64,000 bases of DNA. Source: Chloroflexia bacterium (GTDB lineage: Bacteria; Chloroflexota; Chloroflexia; Thermomicrobiales; UBA6265). The translations under genes were made by a program, and so were the position numbers. Below are positions 46,734-56,492 of this stretch, one piece after another (within the stretch, counting starts at the first letter, position 1; each line of letters starts with the position of its first letter). The notes under the pieces were generated by a model. The model searched no databases and had not been told where the DNA came from. It saw only the letters and a list, made by a program, of their open reading frames with translations. The stretch spans positions 77,502 to 141,501 of the forward strand of contig JBHWTK010000033.1 in assembly GCA_043427975.1 (NCBI GenBank), read 5' to 3'.

Positions 46734-48026
46734 GTGATCGAACGCTATACGCGCCCGGAAATGGGGGCTATCTGGTCGCAGGACCACAAGATCCAGCAAT
46801 GGCTGGCGGTGGAAATAGCGGTATGTGAGGCCTGGGCCAGAAGGGGACGCATTCCCGCCGAGGCGATGGAAGCGATTCGGGGAGCGTCGTGTTCGCTGGA
46901 GCGTATGCTGGAGATCGAGAAGGAAACCGACCACGATGTGATCGCGTTCCTGCGGGCCGTCGGCGAAACAGTTGGGGAGGCATCGCGGTTCATTCACCTG
47001 GGCCTGACGTCGTCAGATGTCGTCGATACCGGCATGGCGATGCAGGCGCGGGATGCCAGCGACCTGCTCCTGAAAGGCCTGGACCACCTGATCGAAGTTG
47101 TTGGCGAAAAGGCGATCGAACACAAGGACACCATCACTATCGGGCGTTCCCATGGTATGCAGGCCGAACCCACCACGTTCGGGCTCAAGCTGGCCGTCTG
47201 GTACGACGAACTGCGCCGGCATCGCGAGCGCTTGACCATGGCGCGCGATCACATTGCGGTCGGTCAAATCTCCGGGGCGGTCGGTACCCACGCCCATGTC
47301 TCCCTTGAACTCGAGGAGGAGGTTTGTCGCGATCTCGGATTGGGCATAGAGCTTGTAAGCACCCAGGTCATCCAGCGGGACCGGCATGCGTTCTTCCTCT
47401 CAGTACTTGCCGGAATCGCTGCAACGCTGGAGAAAATGACGGTTGAGGTTCGGCACCTGCAGCGGAGCGAAGTTGCGGAAGCCGAGGAGAGTTTTGGCGA
47501 AGGCAACCAGGGCAGCTCCGCGATGCCGCACAAACGCAACCCTCATGAGTCGGAGCGAATCGCTGGCCTCTCCCGCATAGTGCGGAGTTACGCCATGGTG
47601 GGGTACGAAAACGTCCCGCTCTGGCACGAACGAGACATATCCCATAGTTCAGCTGAACGCGTCGTTTTCCCGGACGCCTGTATTGGCCTGGACTTCATGC
47701 TGCATGAGACCGCCGACATCATCGAAGGCCTGGTGGTGTACCCCGAACGGATGCTGGCGAACTTGAACATGAGTGGTGGGCTGATTTTCAGCCAACGCAT
47801 CCTGCTTGCACTGGTCGACGGCGGAATGGACCGGCAAGACGCCTATAAGCTGGTTCAGCGCCACGCCCACGCCAGCGACGGGCAAACGTTCCGCCAGCGT
47901 ATCGAGAACGATCCCGAGGTACAGCAGCGCGTCCCCCAATCTGAAATCGAGAAGGCGTTCGATCCGTGGGATCAGCTCCATAATGTGGACGCCACATTTG
48001 CCAGAGTCGGACTGCTGCGCGCATGA
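46734..48026 (+). CDS. purB: adenylosuccinate lyase
   Basis: MIERYTRPEM start, SSAMPHKRNP signature. Confidence 0.95.
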   Translation: MIERYTRPEMGAIWSQDHKIQQWLAVEIAVCEAWARRGRIPAEAMEAIRGASCSLERMLEIEKETDHDVIAFLRAVGETVGEASRFIHLGLTSSDVVDTGMAMQARDASDLLLKGLDHLIEVVGEKAIEHKDTITIGRSHGMQAEPTTFGLKLAVWYDELRRHRERLTMARDHIAVGQISGAVGTHAHVSLELEEEVCRDLGLGIELVSTQVIQRDRHAFFLSVLAGIAATLEKMTVEVRHLQRSEVAEAEESFGEGNQGSSAMPHKRNPHESERIAGLSRIVRSYAMVGYENVPLWHERDISHSSAERVVFPDACIGLDFMLHETADIIEGLVVYPERMLANLNMSGGLIFSQRILLALVDGGMDRQDAYKLVQRHAHASDGQTFRQRIENDPEVQQRVPQSEIEKAFDPWDQLHNVDATFARVGLLRA

Positions 48027-48898
48027 AACTGAAATCCTATCCGCTCATCCGACAAGGTAAGGTCAGGGACATCTACGATGCCGGTGACCATCTGCTGCTC
48101 GTCGCCACCGATCGCCTCTCGGCGTTCGATGTGATCCTTCCTACTGAAATCTCCGGGAAGGGACGGATCCTGACGCAGTTGTCGGTCTTCTGGTTTGATC
48201 AGACGCGACACCTCCTGCCAAACCACCTCGTGGGCACCGATGTATCCGCTCTGGACGTCACACAGGAAGAAGCGGCGTGGCTTCAGGATCGAACCATGAT
48301 CGTGCACAAGGCTAATCGCATCGATATCGAGTGCGTTGTACGCGGATATCTCGCGGGTAGCGGCTACAAGGAATATGTCCAGAAGGGCACGTTGGCTGGT
48401 GAACCACTACCGCCCGGCCTGCAGCGCGCTGGGAAGCTGGATACACCCGCATTCACGCCGGCGATCAAGAACGATGAAGGACACGACGAGAACATAAGTC
48501 GGGAGCGTCTCGCGGGTGTTGCCGGAAGCGACATGGCTGCCGAACTGGAAGAGCGCAGCCTGGAAATCTACCGGTTCGCCCACAACCTCGCCGCCAGGGC
48601 CGGGATCGTTCTGGCGGATACCAAGTTCGAGTTCGGGCACATCGATGGACAGCTCTCCCTGATCGACGAAGTGCTGACTCCCGACAGCTCGCGCTATTGG
48701 GAAGCAGCAAGCGTTACGCCCGGCATTGAGCCGGACAGCTTTGACAAGCAAATCGTGCGAAACTGGCTCGAGCACCTGGATTGGGACAAGACCCCGCCCG
48801 GCCCGGCAATTCCAGACGACATCGTTGAACGCACGCTGAACCGCTACAACGAGGTATATGAGCGGCTCACTGCGGTAACGAAAGGATCCAACGAGTGA
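48023..48898 (+). CDS. purC: phosphoribosylaminoimidazole-succinocarboxamide synthase
   Basis: GKVRDIY, ATDRLSAFD, LADTKFEFG blocks. Confidence 0.95.
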   Translation: MKLKSYPLIRQGKVRDIYDAGDHLLLVATDRLSAFDVILPTEISGKGRILTQLSVFWFDQTRHLLPNHLVGTDVSALDVTQEEAAWLQDRTMIVHKANRIDIECVVRGYLAGSGYKEYVQKGTLAGEPLPPGLQRAGKLDTPAFTPAIKNDEGHDENISRERLAGVAGSDMAAELEERSLEIYRFAHNLAARAGIVLADTKFEFGHIDGQLSLIDEVLTPDSSRYWEAASVTPGIEPDSFDKQIVRNWLEHLDWDKTPPGPAIPDDIVERTLNRYNEVYERLTAVTKGSNE

Positions 48899-49167
48899 AG
48901 ACCTTTACTGTGGAAGCGGAAATCATGCCCAAACGTGGAGTGAACGACCCTCAGGGCGAGGCCGTGCTGTCTGGCCTGAAGCTGCTCGGGTTCGATGACG
49001 CGAGCAAGGTGAGGGTTGGCAAGCTGATCCGGTTTGAGGTCAATGCCGAATCCGAGAATGCCGCCCGCAGCAGTGCGACCGAAATGTGCGAGAAGCTTCT
49101 GGCCAACCCGGTTATCGAAGAGTTTCAGTTAAGCGTGAGCGAGGCACAGACATGCACATCGGTGTAG
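48895..49167 (+). CDS. purS: phosphoribosylformylglycinamidine synthase subunit PurS
   Basis: 90 aa, VNDPQGEAV block, sits between purC and purQ. Confidence 0.85.
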   Translation: MKTFTVEAEIMPKRGVNDPQGEAVLSGLKLLGFDDASKVRVGKLIRFEVNAESENAARSSATEMCEKLLANPVIEEFQLSVSEAQTCTSV

Positions 49168-49844
49168 TCTCGTTTCCCGGCAGCAACGGCGATCACGATG
49201 CCCTGGCCAACCTTGAGGCCGATCTCGGGGTGACGGTCCGCCGCGTCGACTACCGCGAAACGACGTTGGCAGGGCTCGATGCTGTGGTGCTTCCGGGTGG
49301 ATTCAGCTATGGCGATGCGCTTCGCTGCGGCGCCATTGCGCGTTTTGCGCCGGTCATGAGCGAGCTCCAGAAGGCCGCTGCCGAAGGCATGCCGATACTG
49401 GGTATATGCAACGGCTTCCAGGTGCTCTGCGAGGCACATTTGCTTCCCGGTGCGCTCCTGCGCAACAAAACCCTGAACTTCCACTGCTACTGGGAGCACC
49501 TGCGGTTCGAAAATGTGTCAACGGTGTGGACGAACAACCTCCGCCAGGGCCAGGTGCTGAGGTTGCCCATCGCCCACGGCGAGGGTGCATATTTCATTGA
49601 CGCAGAGGGACTCGAACGAATCGAAGCGAACGGCCAGGTCGTGGCGCGCTATTCCGATACCGAAGGCAATGTATCTGACGCTGCCAACGGAGCCATTAAT
49701 GCTATCGCAGCCGTGTGCAATGAAAACGGAAATGTAGTCGGGCTCATGCCACATCCCGAGCGGGCAACGAACGACCTGATTGGGGGGTCCGACGGCCTGC
49801 TCATGCTCCGATCCGTATTGAACACCGGCGCAACAGCCAACTAA
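49152..49844 (+). CDS. purQ: phosphoribosylformylglycinamidine synthase glutaminase subunit PurQ
   Basis: FPGSNGDHD, LPGGFSYGD, GICNGFQ, MPHPER blocks; start at ATG 49152 overlapping the purS end. Confidence 0.9.
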   Translation: MHIGVVSFPGSNGDHDALANLEADLGVTVRRVDYRETTLAGLDAVVLPGGFSYGDALRCGAIARFAPVMSELQKAAAEGMPILGICNGFQVLCEAHLLPGALLRNKTLNFHCYWEHLRFENVSTVWTNNLRQGQVLRLPIAHGEGAYFIDAEGLERIEANGQVVARYSDTEGNVSDAANGAINAIAAVCNENGNVVGLMPHPERATNDLIGGSDGLLMLRSVLNTGATAN

Positions 49845-49860
49845 CGAAAGGTATTACCGA

Positions 49861-51381
49861 ATGTCGCAGGAAAAGTACGATGCGCTCTTCGCGCGAATGC
49901 AAACGCTGACCGACCTTGCCGGCGCCAGCTCGGTACTGAGTTGGGATATGCACACGCATATGCCCCCGCGTGGGAATACTGTGCGCGCCGAGCGGTTGGC
50001 TACACTCTCCGCTACGTTGCACAGCATGCTGGTTGCGGATGAGACGGGCCAGATGATCGACGCTGCCGAGGAGTATGCCCGATCCAAAGGCGAGGACAGC
50101 TTCGAGCTGGCGATCTGGAAGGATGCCCGTCGCCGGTATGACAAGGCAAAGCTGATTCCCACTGAACTCGCAGCGGAGTTGGAGCGTGCATTCTCGCTGG
50201 GCAACCACGCATGGATGGAAGCACGGAAGAACGACGATTACGAGGCGTTCAAGCCGTTCCTGAAGCACAACTACGAACTCACGCAGCGGGTGGTGGACCT
50301 AACCCGCAGTTACTATCCCGATGCTGAGGAGGACTACGACATCCTTCTTGATGACTATGAGCAAGGGATGAAGACACGCGAGATCGCCGCCGTGTTCGAT
50401 GCCTTCAAGGAAGGCGCCCGGCCACTGGTAGAGAAGGTCGCGGCAAAGGCCGGTGATGGCAGGGATGCCGTCACATTCAGGCACTTCCCGAAGGCTGACC
50501 AGCAAAAGCTGGTCGAAGAGATCGTCAAGGCGGTTGGATTCACGGACGACGCGTGGGATCTTACCGAAACAACCCATCCGTTCGAACAGTCGATGGCCAT
50601 CAACGACATCCGCATTACCACGAAGTACGAAGAGGATTTCTTTAATCCAAGCTTCTTCGGCACATTGCACGAGTTTGGTCACGGGCTCTACGAGCACCAG
50701 ATCGACGAGAAGTACGAGCGCACTACGCTCGGCCACGGGGTTTCCATGGCCTGGCACGAAAGCCAGAGCCGCATGTGGGAGAACCTCGTCGGCCGTTCAC
50801 TGCCGTTCTGGAAATGGGCAACGCCGAAGGTCAAGGCAGTGTTTGGCGAGCAGTTCGCTGGCATGGAAGCCGAGGACATCTACCGGGCAGTGAACGTTAT
50901 GGGGCCGTCACTCATCCGAATTGAAGCTGATGAATTGACCTACAACTACCACATCATCATCCGCTTCGAACTTGAGCGCGAGTTGCTGGCGGGCAAGGTG
51001 TCATTCGACGACCTGCCGGAAGCGTGGAACGCGAAGATCAAGGACTACCTGGGCCTGGAGGTGCCGAACTTCCGCGAGGGTGTCCTCCAGGATGTGCACT
51101 GGAGTTTCGGTTCAGTCGGTTACTTCCCGACGTATGCCCTTGGCAACTTCCTCGGCGCCATGCTGTGGAAGCGGATCAACTCCGACCTACCGAACCTGGC
51201 CTCGGAGTTCGAGAGCGGGGAATTTGGCAGCCTGCGCGAATGGAGCCGGGAGCATATCCATCAGTACGGTTCGCATTACTCGCCTACCGACTTGATGGAG
51301 AAGGTCCTTGGCACCCGCACGCTAAGCGCCGAGCCGCTTTTGGAGTACCTGACGCAAAAGGTCGATGAACTCTACGGTTAG
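49861..51381 (+). CDS. M32 family carboxypeptidase (Taq-type)
   Basis: HEFGHGLYE zinc motif, HESQSRMWEN, IRIEADELTY blocks. Confidence 0.9.
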   Translation: MSQEKYDALFARMQTLTDLAGASSVLSWDMHTHMPPRGNTVRAERLATLSATLHSMLVADETGQMIDAAEEYARSKGEDSFELAIWKDARRRYDKAKLIPTELAAELERAFSLGNHAWMEARKNDDYEAFKPFLKHNYELTQRVVDLTRSYYPDAEEDYDILLDDYEQGMKTREIAAVFDAFKEGARPLVEKVAAKAGDGRDAVTFRHFPKADQQKLVEEIVKAVGFTDDAWDLTETTHPFEQSMAINDIRITTKYEEDFFNPSFFGTLHEFGHGLYEHQIDEKYERTTLGHGVSMAWHESQSRMWENLVGRSLPFWKWATPKVKAVFGEQFAGMEAEDIYRAVNVMGPSLIRIEADELTYNYHIIIRFELERELLAGKVSFDDLPEAWNAKIKDYLGLEVPNFREGVLQDVHWSFGSVGYFPTYALGNFLGAMLWKRINSDLPNLASEFESGEFGSLREWSREHIHQYGSHYSPTDLMEKVLGTRTLSAEPLLEYLTQKVDELYG

Positions 51382-51398
51382 CGACCGGGAACAAGGTG

Positions 51399-51436
51399 AA
51401 AGCAGAGGGGATCCCCGTGGGGATCCCCTCTGCTTT
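51399..51436. terminator. bidirectional rho-independent terminator
   Basis: aaagcagaggggatcccc-gt-ggggatcccctctgcttt between convergent genes. Confidence 0.8.
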
Positions 51437-51461
51437 GCTCAATATTATCCGCAAAATATGG

Positions 51462-52355
51462 TTAGCTGACCTTGATTCCGGCATCGTTTTCCAGCGGAAT
51501 CACGATAGCGGTCATATCTTTCTCGCCCATACCTTCGGCGCTGGTGCGATCGAAGAGGTCCATGGCTGCCTGGCCGATGTTGAGTGGGAGATGTTGTTCC
51601 TGCGCGGCGTCCAGCACAATTCCCAAATCCTTACGGATGAGGTCCACCGGCGTGGCTGGAGCGAAGTTCCGTTGCTGAATCAGGGGCACGCCACGGTCGA
51701 GCATGCGGCTACCACCGAAACTCGACGAGATAACGTCGAGGATCTTCTGTGGCTCGGCCCCAGCGCTGGCGCCAAACAGCAGCGCTTCAGCCACTGCGGC
51801 CATATTGATTCCCACGAGTAACTGGTTGACCAGCTTCATCGCCGTACCGGCCCCAACGGGGCCAAGGTGGTGGATGTTCGCGCCGATTACCTGAAGTAGC
51901 GGCAGTGACGAATTGTATACATTATCGCTGCCGCCAACCATAACGGTAAGGGTGCCAGCTTCAGCGCCCGGCACGCCGCCGCTCACTGGAGCATCGAGAA
52001 ATGACGCCCCCTGAGCCTGGAGCGATTCTGCGATCTCGCGCATGAGTGCGATATCGTTTGTGCTGGTGTCGATAAACACCTGGCCCGGCCGTGCGGAGGC
52101 CGCGAGACCGTCTTTGCCCAGGTACACATCGCGGACGCTTTGCTGGTTGGTGAGGCTGGTCAAAACTGTATTGGCAACGCTCGCGACCTCTGCGATTGAT
52201 GTCGCGGCTTTGGCCCCGGCGGCCTCAACCTGCCGGAGCGGCTCCGGCGAACGGTTGTACGCGATCACCGGGTATCCTGCCGCCAGCAGGTTCGCGATCA
52301 AGGGCCGGCCCATCTTCCCGGTGCCAATGAAGCCGATCGTGGGTTTGTCTGTCAT
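51462..52355 (-). CDS. NAD(P)-dependent oxidoreductase (3-hydroxyisobutyrate/6-phosphogluconate dehydrogenase-like)
   Basis: IGFIGTGKMGRPLIANLLAAGY dinucleotide fold; start at ATG 52355 (MTDKPTIG). Confidence 0.85.
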   Translation of the reverse strand: MTDKPTIGFIGTGKMGRPLIANLLAAGYPVIAYNRSPEPLRQVEAAGAKAATSIAEVASVANTVLTSLTNQQSVRDVYLGKDGLAASARPGQVFIDTSTNDIALMREIAESLQAQGASFLDAPVSGGVPGAEAGTLTVMVGGSDNVYNSSLPLLQVIGANIHHLGPVGAGTAMKLVNQLLVGINMAAVAEALLFGASAGAEPQKILDVISSSFGGSRMLDRGVPLIQQRNFAPATPVDLIRKDLGIVLDAAQEQHLPLNIGQAAMDLFDRTSAEGMGEKDMTAIVIPLENDAGIKVS

Positions 52356-52508
52356 TTCGGGACTCCTGCTTGAAGGCAGCAACTCTGCGCTGATGGTACC
52401 AGTATCCCCATGAACCGGCATCGGGCCGGAAATGCGCGCTTTGCGCACAAGATAAGTTATCCGCAAACGATTTACGCCGCTGACGCTTTCACGATATGAC
52501 ACATGATC

Positions 52509-53141
52509 CTACTCCCGGATCTCCAGCCCAAGCAGGCGCGCCAGGTAAAGGGCCTGGTCACTCGTGACGATCACACCCTTGAGCTGCTCCGGGCCAACGC
52601 GGATGTCCTGAACGTTTGCCCTGCGAAAGTCACACCCCTGCAGGTTTGCTCCCGAGAAGTCCGCTCCGGTCAGGTCGCTGCCTTCGAACACCGTTCCGGC
52701 AATGTCACTGTCGTTGAAAAATGCTCCGCTGAGATCGCAGGCATCAAACCGCACATTGCGCAGCTTGCTGAGCTGGCACTGGATCAGGTTCATCTTGCAT
52801 CTGTCAAACACCACAAGTGACAGATTCGCTCCGTCCAGCCGTGCCCCGGTAAATCGCGAATCTGACACCGATACATCTCGCCAGCCCGATCGCACCAGAT
52901 CCGCAGCCGCTGCATCCACCGACTCAAGCTGGCACTTCCGAATGGTGATGCCGGGAGCGTGTCGGACTCTGGTCCGGCGGACATCGCTCTCAACTAGCGA
53001 TATACCAGTTCCCGATATGACGGTGCTGTCGTCGGTCCGGGCGTTGGTCAGCTCTGATTCGGACCCTACCTCTCCCGTAATAGTATACAAAGTCCTGCGC
53101 GAGGACCCGGATATGCGCCTTTCCGTCATTCGGCCTCCCAC
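52509..53141 (-). CDS. pentapeptide repeat protein
   Basis: Runs of A(D/N)LxG-type pentapeptides (ADFSGANLQGCDFRRANVQD, ARLDGANLSLVVFDRCKM). Confidence 0.85.
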   Translation of the reverse strand: MGGRMTERRISGSSRRTLYTITGEVGSESELTNARTDDSTVISGTGISLVESDVRRTRVRHAPGITIRKCQLESVDAAAADLVRSGWRDVSVSDSRFTGARLDGANLSLVVFDRCKMNLIQCQLSKLRNVRFDACDLSGAFFNDSDIAGTVFEGSDLTGADFSGANLQGCDFRRANVQDIRVGPEQLKGVIVTSDQALYLARLLGLEIRE

Positions 53142-53932
53142 GCAGCGCCAAGCAGGTTCGTCCAGAGAAGCCGTGCCGCGATCCCGCGCTGGGGCCGCCA
53201 GCCTTCCGAGAGGCGGTCCAGGTCCCTCATCGTCATGCCCGGGTCACCGTAGGCAAGCCGTGCTGCCCGCAAGAGCGCCACATCTCCTTTTGGATAGACG
53301 TCCACATGGCCGAGTCCCCACAGTAACGCGCTGGCTGCGGTCCAGGGGCCGACCATCGGCATGGCCGTCAGGTCTCGCATCCACTCTTCGGCCTCACCAG
53401 AAGCCGGAAACGTCACGTTGCCCGTTGCAAATTCGTGGGCAACACCGATAAGCCCCTCGGCACGGCGCGTGGTAAGGCCGACCGACCGGATCCGCTCCAA
53501 CGATGTCTCGGCCACCACCTCGGCCGTGGGGAGCGGCCAGAATACCCGCCCATGTGAGTGCCACTGTGGGCTCAGCATTTCGCACAGGCGGCGCTGGAAC
53601 GCCGAGGCGCTGTGCAGGCTCACCGCCTGTCCCGTTATTGAGGTGAACAGGCCTTCCCAAAGCCCACCGTCTGTCAAGGGCCGAAGCGCCGGGAAGTTGG
53701 CCGACAGACCGGCGATGATCGGGTCAGTGAACTTTGCGTGCTGAACGGTGATGTCAATGAATCGGGACGGCTCCGAGCCGTCCAGCTCCTCTACGCCCGT
53801 TTCGGTCGCAACGACGAGTCGTTTATCAATAATTGCACGGTGATGAGAGCCGGAGGGCATCCAACTAACCGGGCTAGCGGACTGCCTGAGAATCTCGTTG
53901 GCTGAATTATTAACCATTGTCCATACCTGCAT
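53126..53932 (-). CDS. HhH-GPD DNA glycosylase (AlkA-type 3-methyladenine glycosylase II)
   Basis: HhH-GPD region VGLTTRRAEGLIGVA...MVGPWTAASALLWGLGHVDVYPKGDVAL. Confidence 0.75.
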   Translation of the reverse strand: MQVWTMVNNSANEILRQSASPVSWMPSGSHHRAIIDKRLVVATETGVEELDGSEPSRFIDITVQHAKFTDPIIAGLSANFPALRPLTDGGLWEGLFTSITGQAVSLHSASAFQRRLCEMLSPQWHSHGRVFWPLPTAEVVAETSLERIRSVGLTTRRAEGLIGVAHEFATGNVTFPASGEAEEWMRDLTAMPMVGPWTAASALLWGLGHVDVYPKGDVALLRAARLAYGDPGMTMRDLDRLSEGWRPQRGIAARLLWTNLLGAAWEAE

Positions 53933-54064
53933 TAATCGCGCATCCTGTTCCTAGCATCCAGCGTTCTGCATACACTAAGATAGGAACAATCGATGGTCCC
54001 GAATATTGGATTCTGGGTCCAAAAGGTTATCCCAGGCCTGTGCCTGCGAAAGGATTGTGACGAG

Positions 54065-55414
54065 ATGTCTCACAAAGATATCAAGACCGCGCTTTCGATT
54101 TCCCGCCGCTCTGCCGTCCGCGGCGCCGGCCTTCTTGGTGCCTCAGTGGCTGCTGGTCGGTTCGCCCTGGCCGGTGCCCAGGATGCTTCTCCGGCGGCAT
54201 CCCCTGCTGCGGCCCCCACTACCTACGAGCCCAAGGGCCCGCAGGTAGAGAAGCTTACCTTCTGGACGCGGTCGAGCATCGACAGTTCCGCCAACGAATG
54301 GAACGCCCTCAAGGCCGTCACCGAGCGCTACACCGAGATTACCGGTACGCCGGTAGAGCTGATGACGGTGGTCGACGCCGACTTCCGCAACAACCTTTCG
54401 CTTGCCGCGCCCAGCGGCGATGGACCGGATGTATTCGGTCCGATTGCGCACGACTGGCTTGGTGAGCTGGCCCTCCAGGAAATCGCACTGCCCACCAATG
54501 AGCTTGTCGGCCTCGAAGACGTCGCGCAGCCGACAATCGATGCTGTCACGTATGAGGACAACATCTACGGCTATCCCCTCTTCTCCGAATCTCTGCTGCT
54601 GTTCCGCAACACCGACCTTGTTCCCGAGGCTCCTGCCACATGGGACGAGCTGGTTCAGAAGGCAACCGAGATCACCGAGGGCGACGTCTGGGGCTTCACC
54701 TTCCCGGTGCTGGAGCAGTACTACGAGGGAGCGTTCTTCCACGCAGCCGGCAGCTATATCTTCAAGAATAATGATGGCACGCTCGATTACACCGACATCG
54801 GCCTGAACAACGAGGGTGGCGTCGAGGCAGCCAAGTGGCTCCGCGACATGTTCAACAACCAGACTCCGCCCATGCCCGAGGACATGATCGACCGCGCTAA
54901 TGCCGGTGGTTTTGTGGACTCGCTGCAGGAAGCGGGCCTGCTTGGTATGACCATCGCCGGTCCGTGGCGCGAACCAGCCGTGCGTGAAGCTGGCGTCAAC
55001 TACGAATTCTCCAAGCTTCCCACTGGCCCGAACGGCGAGCAACTGAAGCCGTTCTCCGGCATCCAGGTCGTCTGCGCGAACGCCTTCGGCGAGCAGCAGG
55101 AGGCCGCGCTCGACCTCGTGAACTTCATGGGTTCGGTCGAGGGCGTCAGCCTGATGTTCGAAGGCTTCAACAAGGCCCCGGTGCATGCCAGCATGCGTGA
55201 CCAAGCCGTCGAAGTATCACCCACCCTGGCTGTGGTGATGGAGCAGGTAGAAGACGCAGTTCCGATGCCGAACATCCCGCAGATGGCCCAGGTATGGTCG
55301 CCGTGGGGTGACGCCATGGATGGCATCATCATGGGCAATGTCTCGGACGAAGAGGTTCAGCAGCTGCTTGACGATGCTGTTGCCCAGATCGAGGCCAACA
55401 TCGCGAACAACTAA
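54065..55414 (+). CDS. sugar ABC transporter substrate-binding protein (maltodextrin-type), Tat signal
   Basis: Twin-arginine signal SRRSAVRGAGLLGASVAA; family 1 solute-binding protein features; start at ATG 54065. Confidence 0.8.
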   Translation: MSHKDIKTALSISRRSAVRGAGLLGASVAAGRFALAGAQDASPAASPAAAPTTYEPKGPQVEKLTFWTRSSIDSSANEWNALKAVTERYTEITGTPVELMTVVDADFRNNLSLAAPSGDGPDVFGPIAHDWLGELALQEIALPTNELVGLEDVAQPTIDAVTYEDNIYGYPLFSESLLLFRNTDLVPEAPATWDELVQKATEITEGDVWGFTFPVLEQYYEGAFFHAAGSYIFKNNDGTLDYTDIGLNNEGGVEAAKWLRDMFNNQTPPMPEDMIDRANAGGFVDSLQEAGLLGMTIAGPWREPAVREAGVNYEFSKLPTGPNGEQLKPFSGIQVVCANAFGEQQEAALDLVNFMGSVEGVSLMFEGFNKAPVHASMRDQAVEVSPTLAVVMEQVEDAVPMPNIPQMAQVWSPWGDAMDGIIMGNVSDEEVQQLLDDAVAQIEANIANN

Positions 55415-55520
55415 CCTGCCGGATCGATAAGGCCATCGGCCTCCTGGTTGGTTCGTGGAGGGCGGAGCAGTCGCTCCGCCCTCTTCGCAAATCTTCGGTC
55501 ACCGTAGGGTGGGGAGAACC

Positions 55521-56492
55521 ATGCAAACGCAGAGTCATAGTATCGCGACGCAGGAAATCATACCGTCGGGTGAGCCCTCCCGCGGTACACGAAAGCGTAT
55601 CCCCACCGCCTATTGGTACCTGTTACCAGTAGCTATCAGCACAGTCGGCTTTACGATTGTTCCGTTCCTGTACACCTTCTATATCTCCTTCACCAACTAC
55701 CACCGGGTGTTTCGGGCACGGGACTTCGATTTCATCGGCCTGGATAACTACACCAGGGCGCTTTCCAGTGGTGGCGAACTGTTTCCGGTGCTTGGCTGGA
55801 CGTTCGCATTCATGTTTATCACTACGTTGCTGAACGTCGGTGGCGGCATGCTGATCGCCCTGTTGTTGAACAACCCGCTCTTGCGCGAGCGGAACCTGTA
55901 CCGGACGCTGTTGATTATCCCTTGGGCACTCCCCAGCATTCTTACCATTCAGGTGTGGTCGGGACTCTTTGGCCTGTCGGGTCCGTTCAACTACATCCTC
56001 GAGGAATTCGGCTTTGAGAGGGTTCGATGGCTGCTGGAAGAAGCACCAGCCCGCACAGCCCTGCTCATTGCTAACTTCTGGCTTTCGTTCCCGTTCTTTA
56101 TGACCGTTGGCCTGGCAGCGCTGCAGGCGATTCCAAGGGATCTCTACGAAGTGTCCGACCTGGATGGCGCGGGATCGTGGCAGCAGTTCCGCGACATTAC
56201 TTTCCCGTTCATGATCGCCTCAGTAACACCGTTGCTGATTACCCAGCTGGCATTCCAGTTCAACAACGCCGGAATCATCATCCTCCTGACCGGAGGCAAT
56301 CCGCAGGCGAGTCCGGGATCGTCTTATGGCGTCACAGATACGCTGGCGTCCTTTAGCTACAAGCTGATCAATACACAGGGCCAGGGAGATATGGGCTACG
56401 CCGCAGCCTACGGCGTGTTTACCTTCCTGATCATCGCGGTATTTATCCTACTTAGCGCTCGCCTTACCGACGCCTTCAAGGAGGTGGACTAA
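55521..56492 (+). CDS. sugar ABC transporter permease (MalF-like)
   Basis: Multi-TM protein, EAA-like loop EVSDLDGAGSWQQFRDITFPF; start at ATG 55521 with a GGGGAG RBS. Confidence 0.8.
   Translation: MQTQSHSIATQEIIPSGEPSRGTRKRIPTAYWYLLPVAISTVGFTIVPFLYTFYISFTNYHRVFRARDFDFIGLDNYTRALSSGGELFPVLGWTFAFMFITTLLNVGGGMLIALLLNNPLLRERNLYRTLLIIPWALPSILTIQVWSGLFGLSGPFNYILEEFGFERVRWLLEEAPARTALLIANFWLSFPFFMTVGLAALQAIPRDLYEVSDLDGAGSWQQFRDITFPFMIASVTPLLITQLAFQFNNAGIIILLTGGNPQASPGSSYGVTDTLASFSYKLINTQGQGDMGYAAAYGVFTFLIIAVFILLSARLTDAFKEVD

Noticed and set aside
46257-46997. 246-aa minus-strand ORF
   Set aside because: It spans the glmS ribozyme and leader and runs antisense into purB. It has no recognisable motif and is typical of spurious long ORFs in high-GC DNA.
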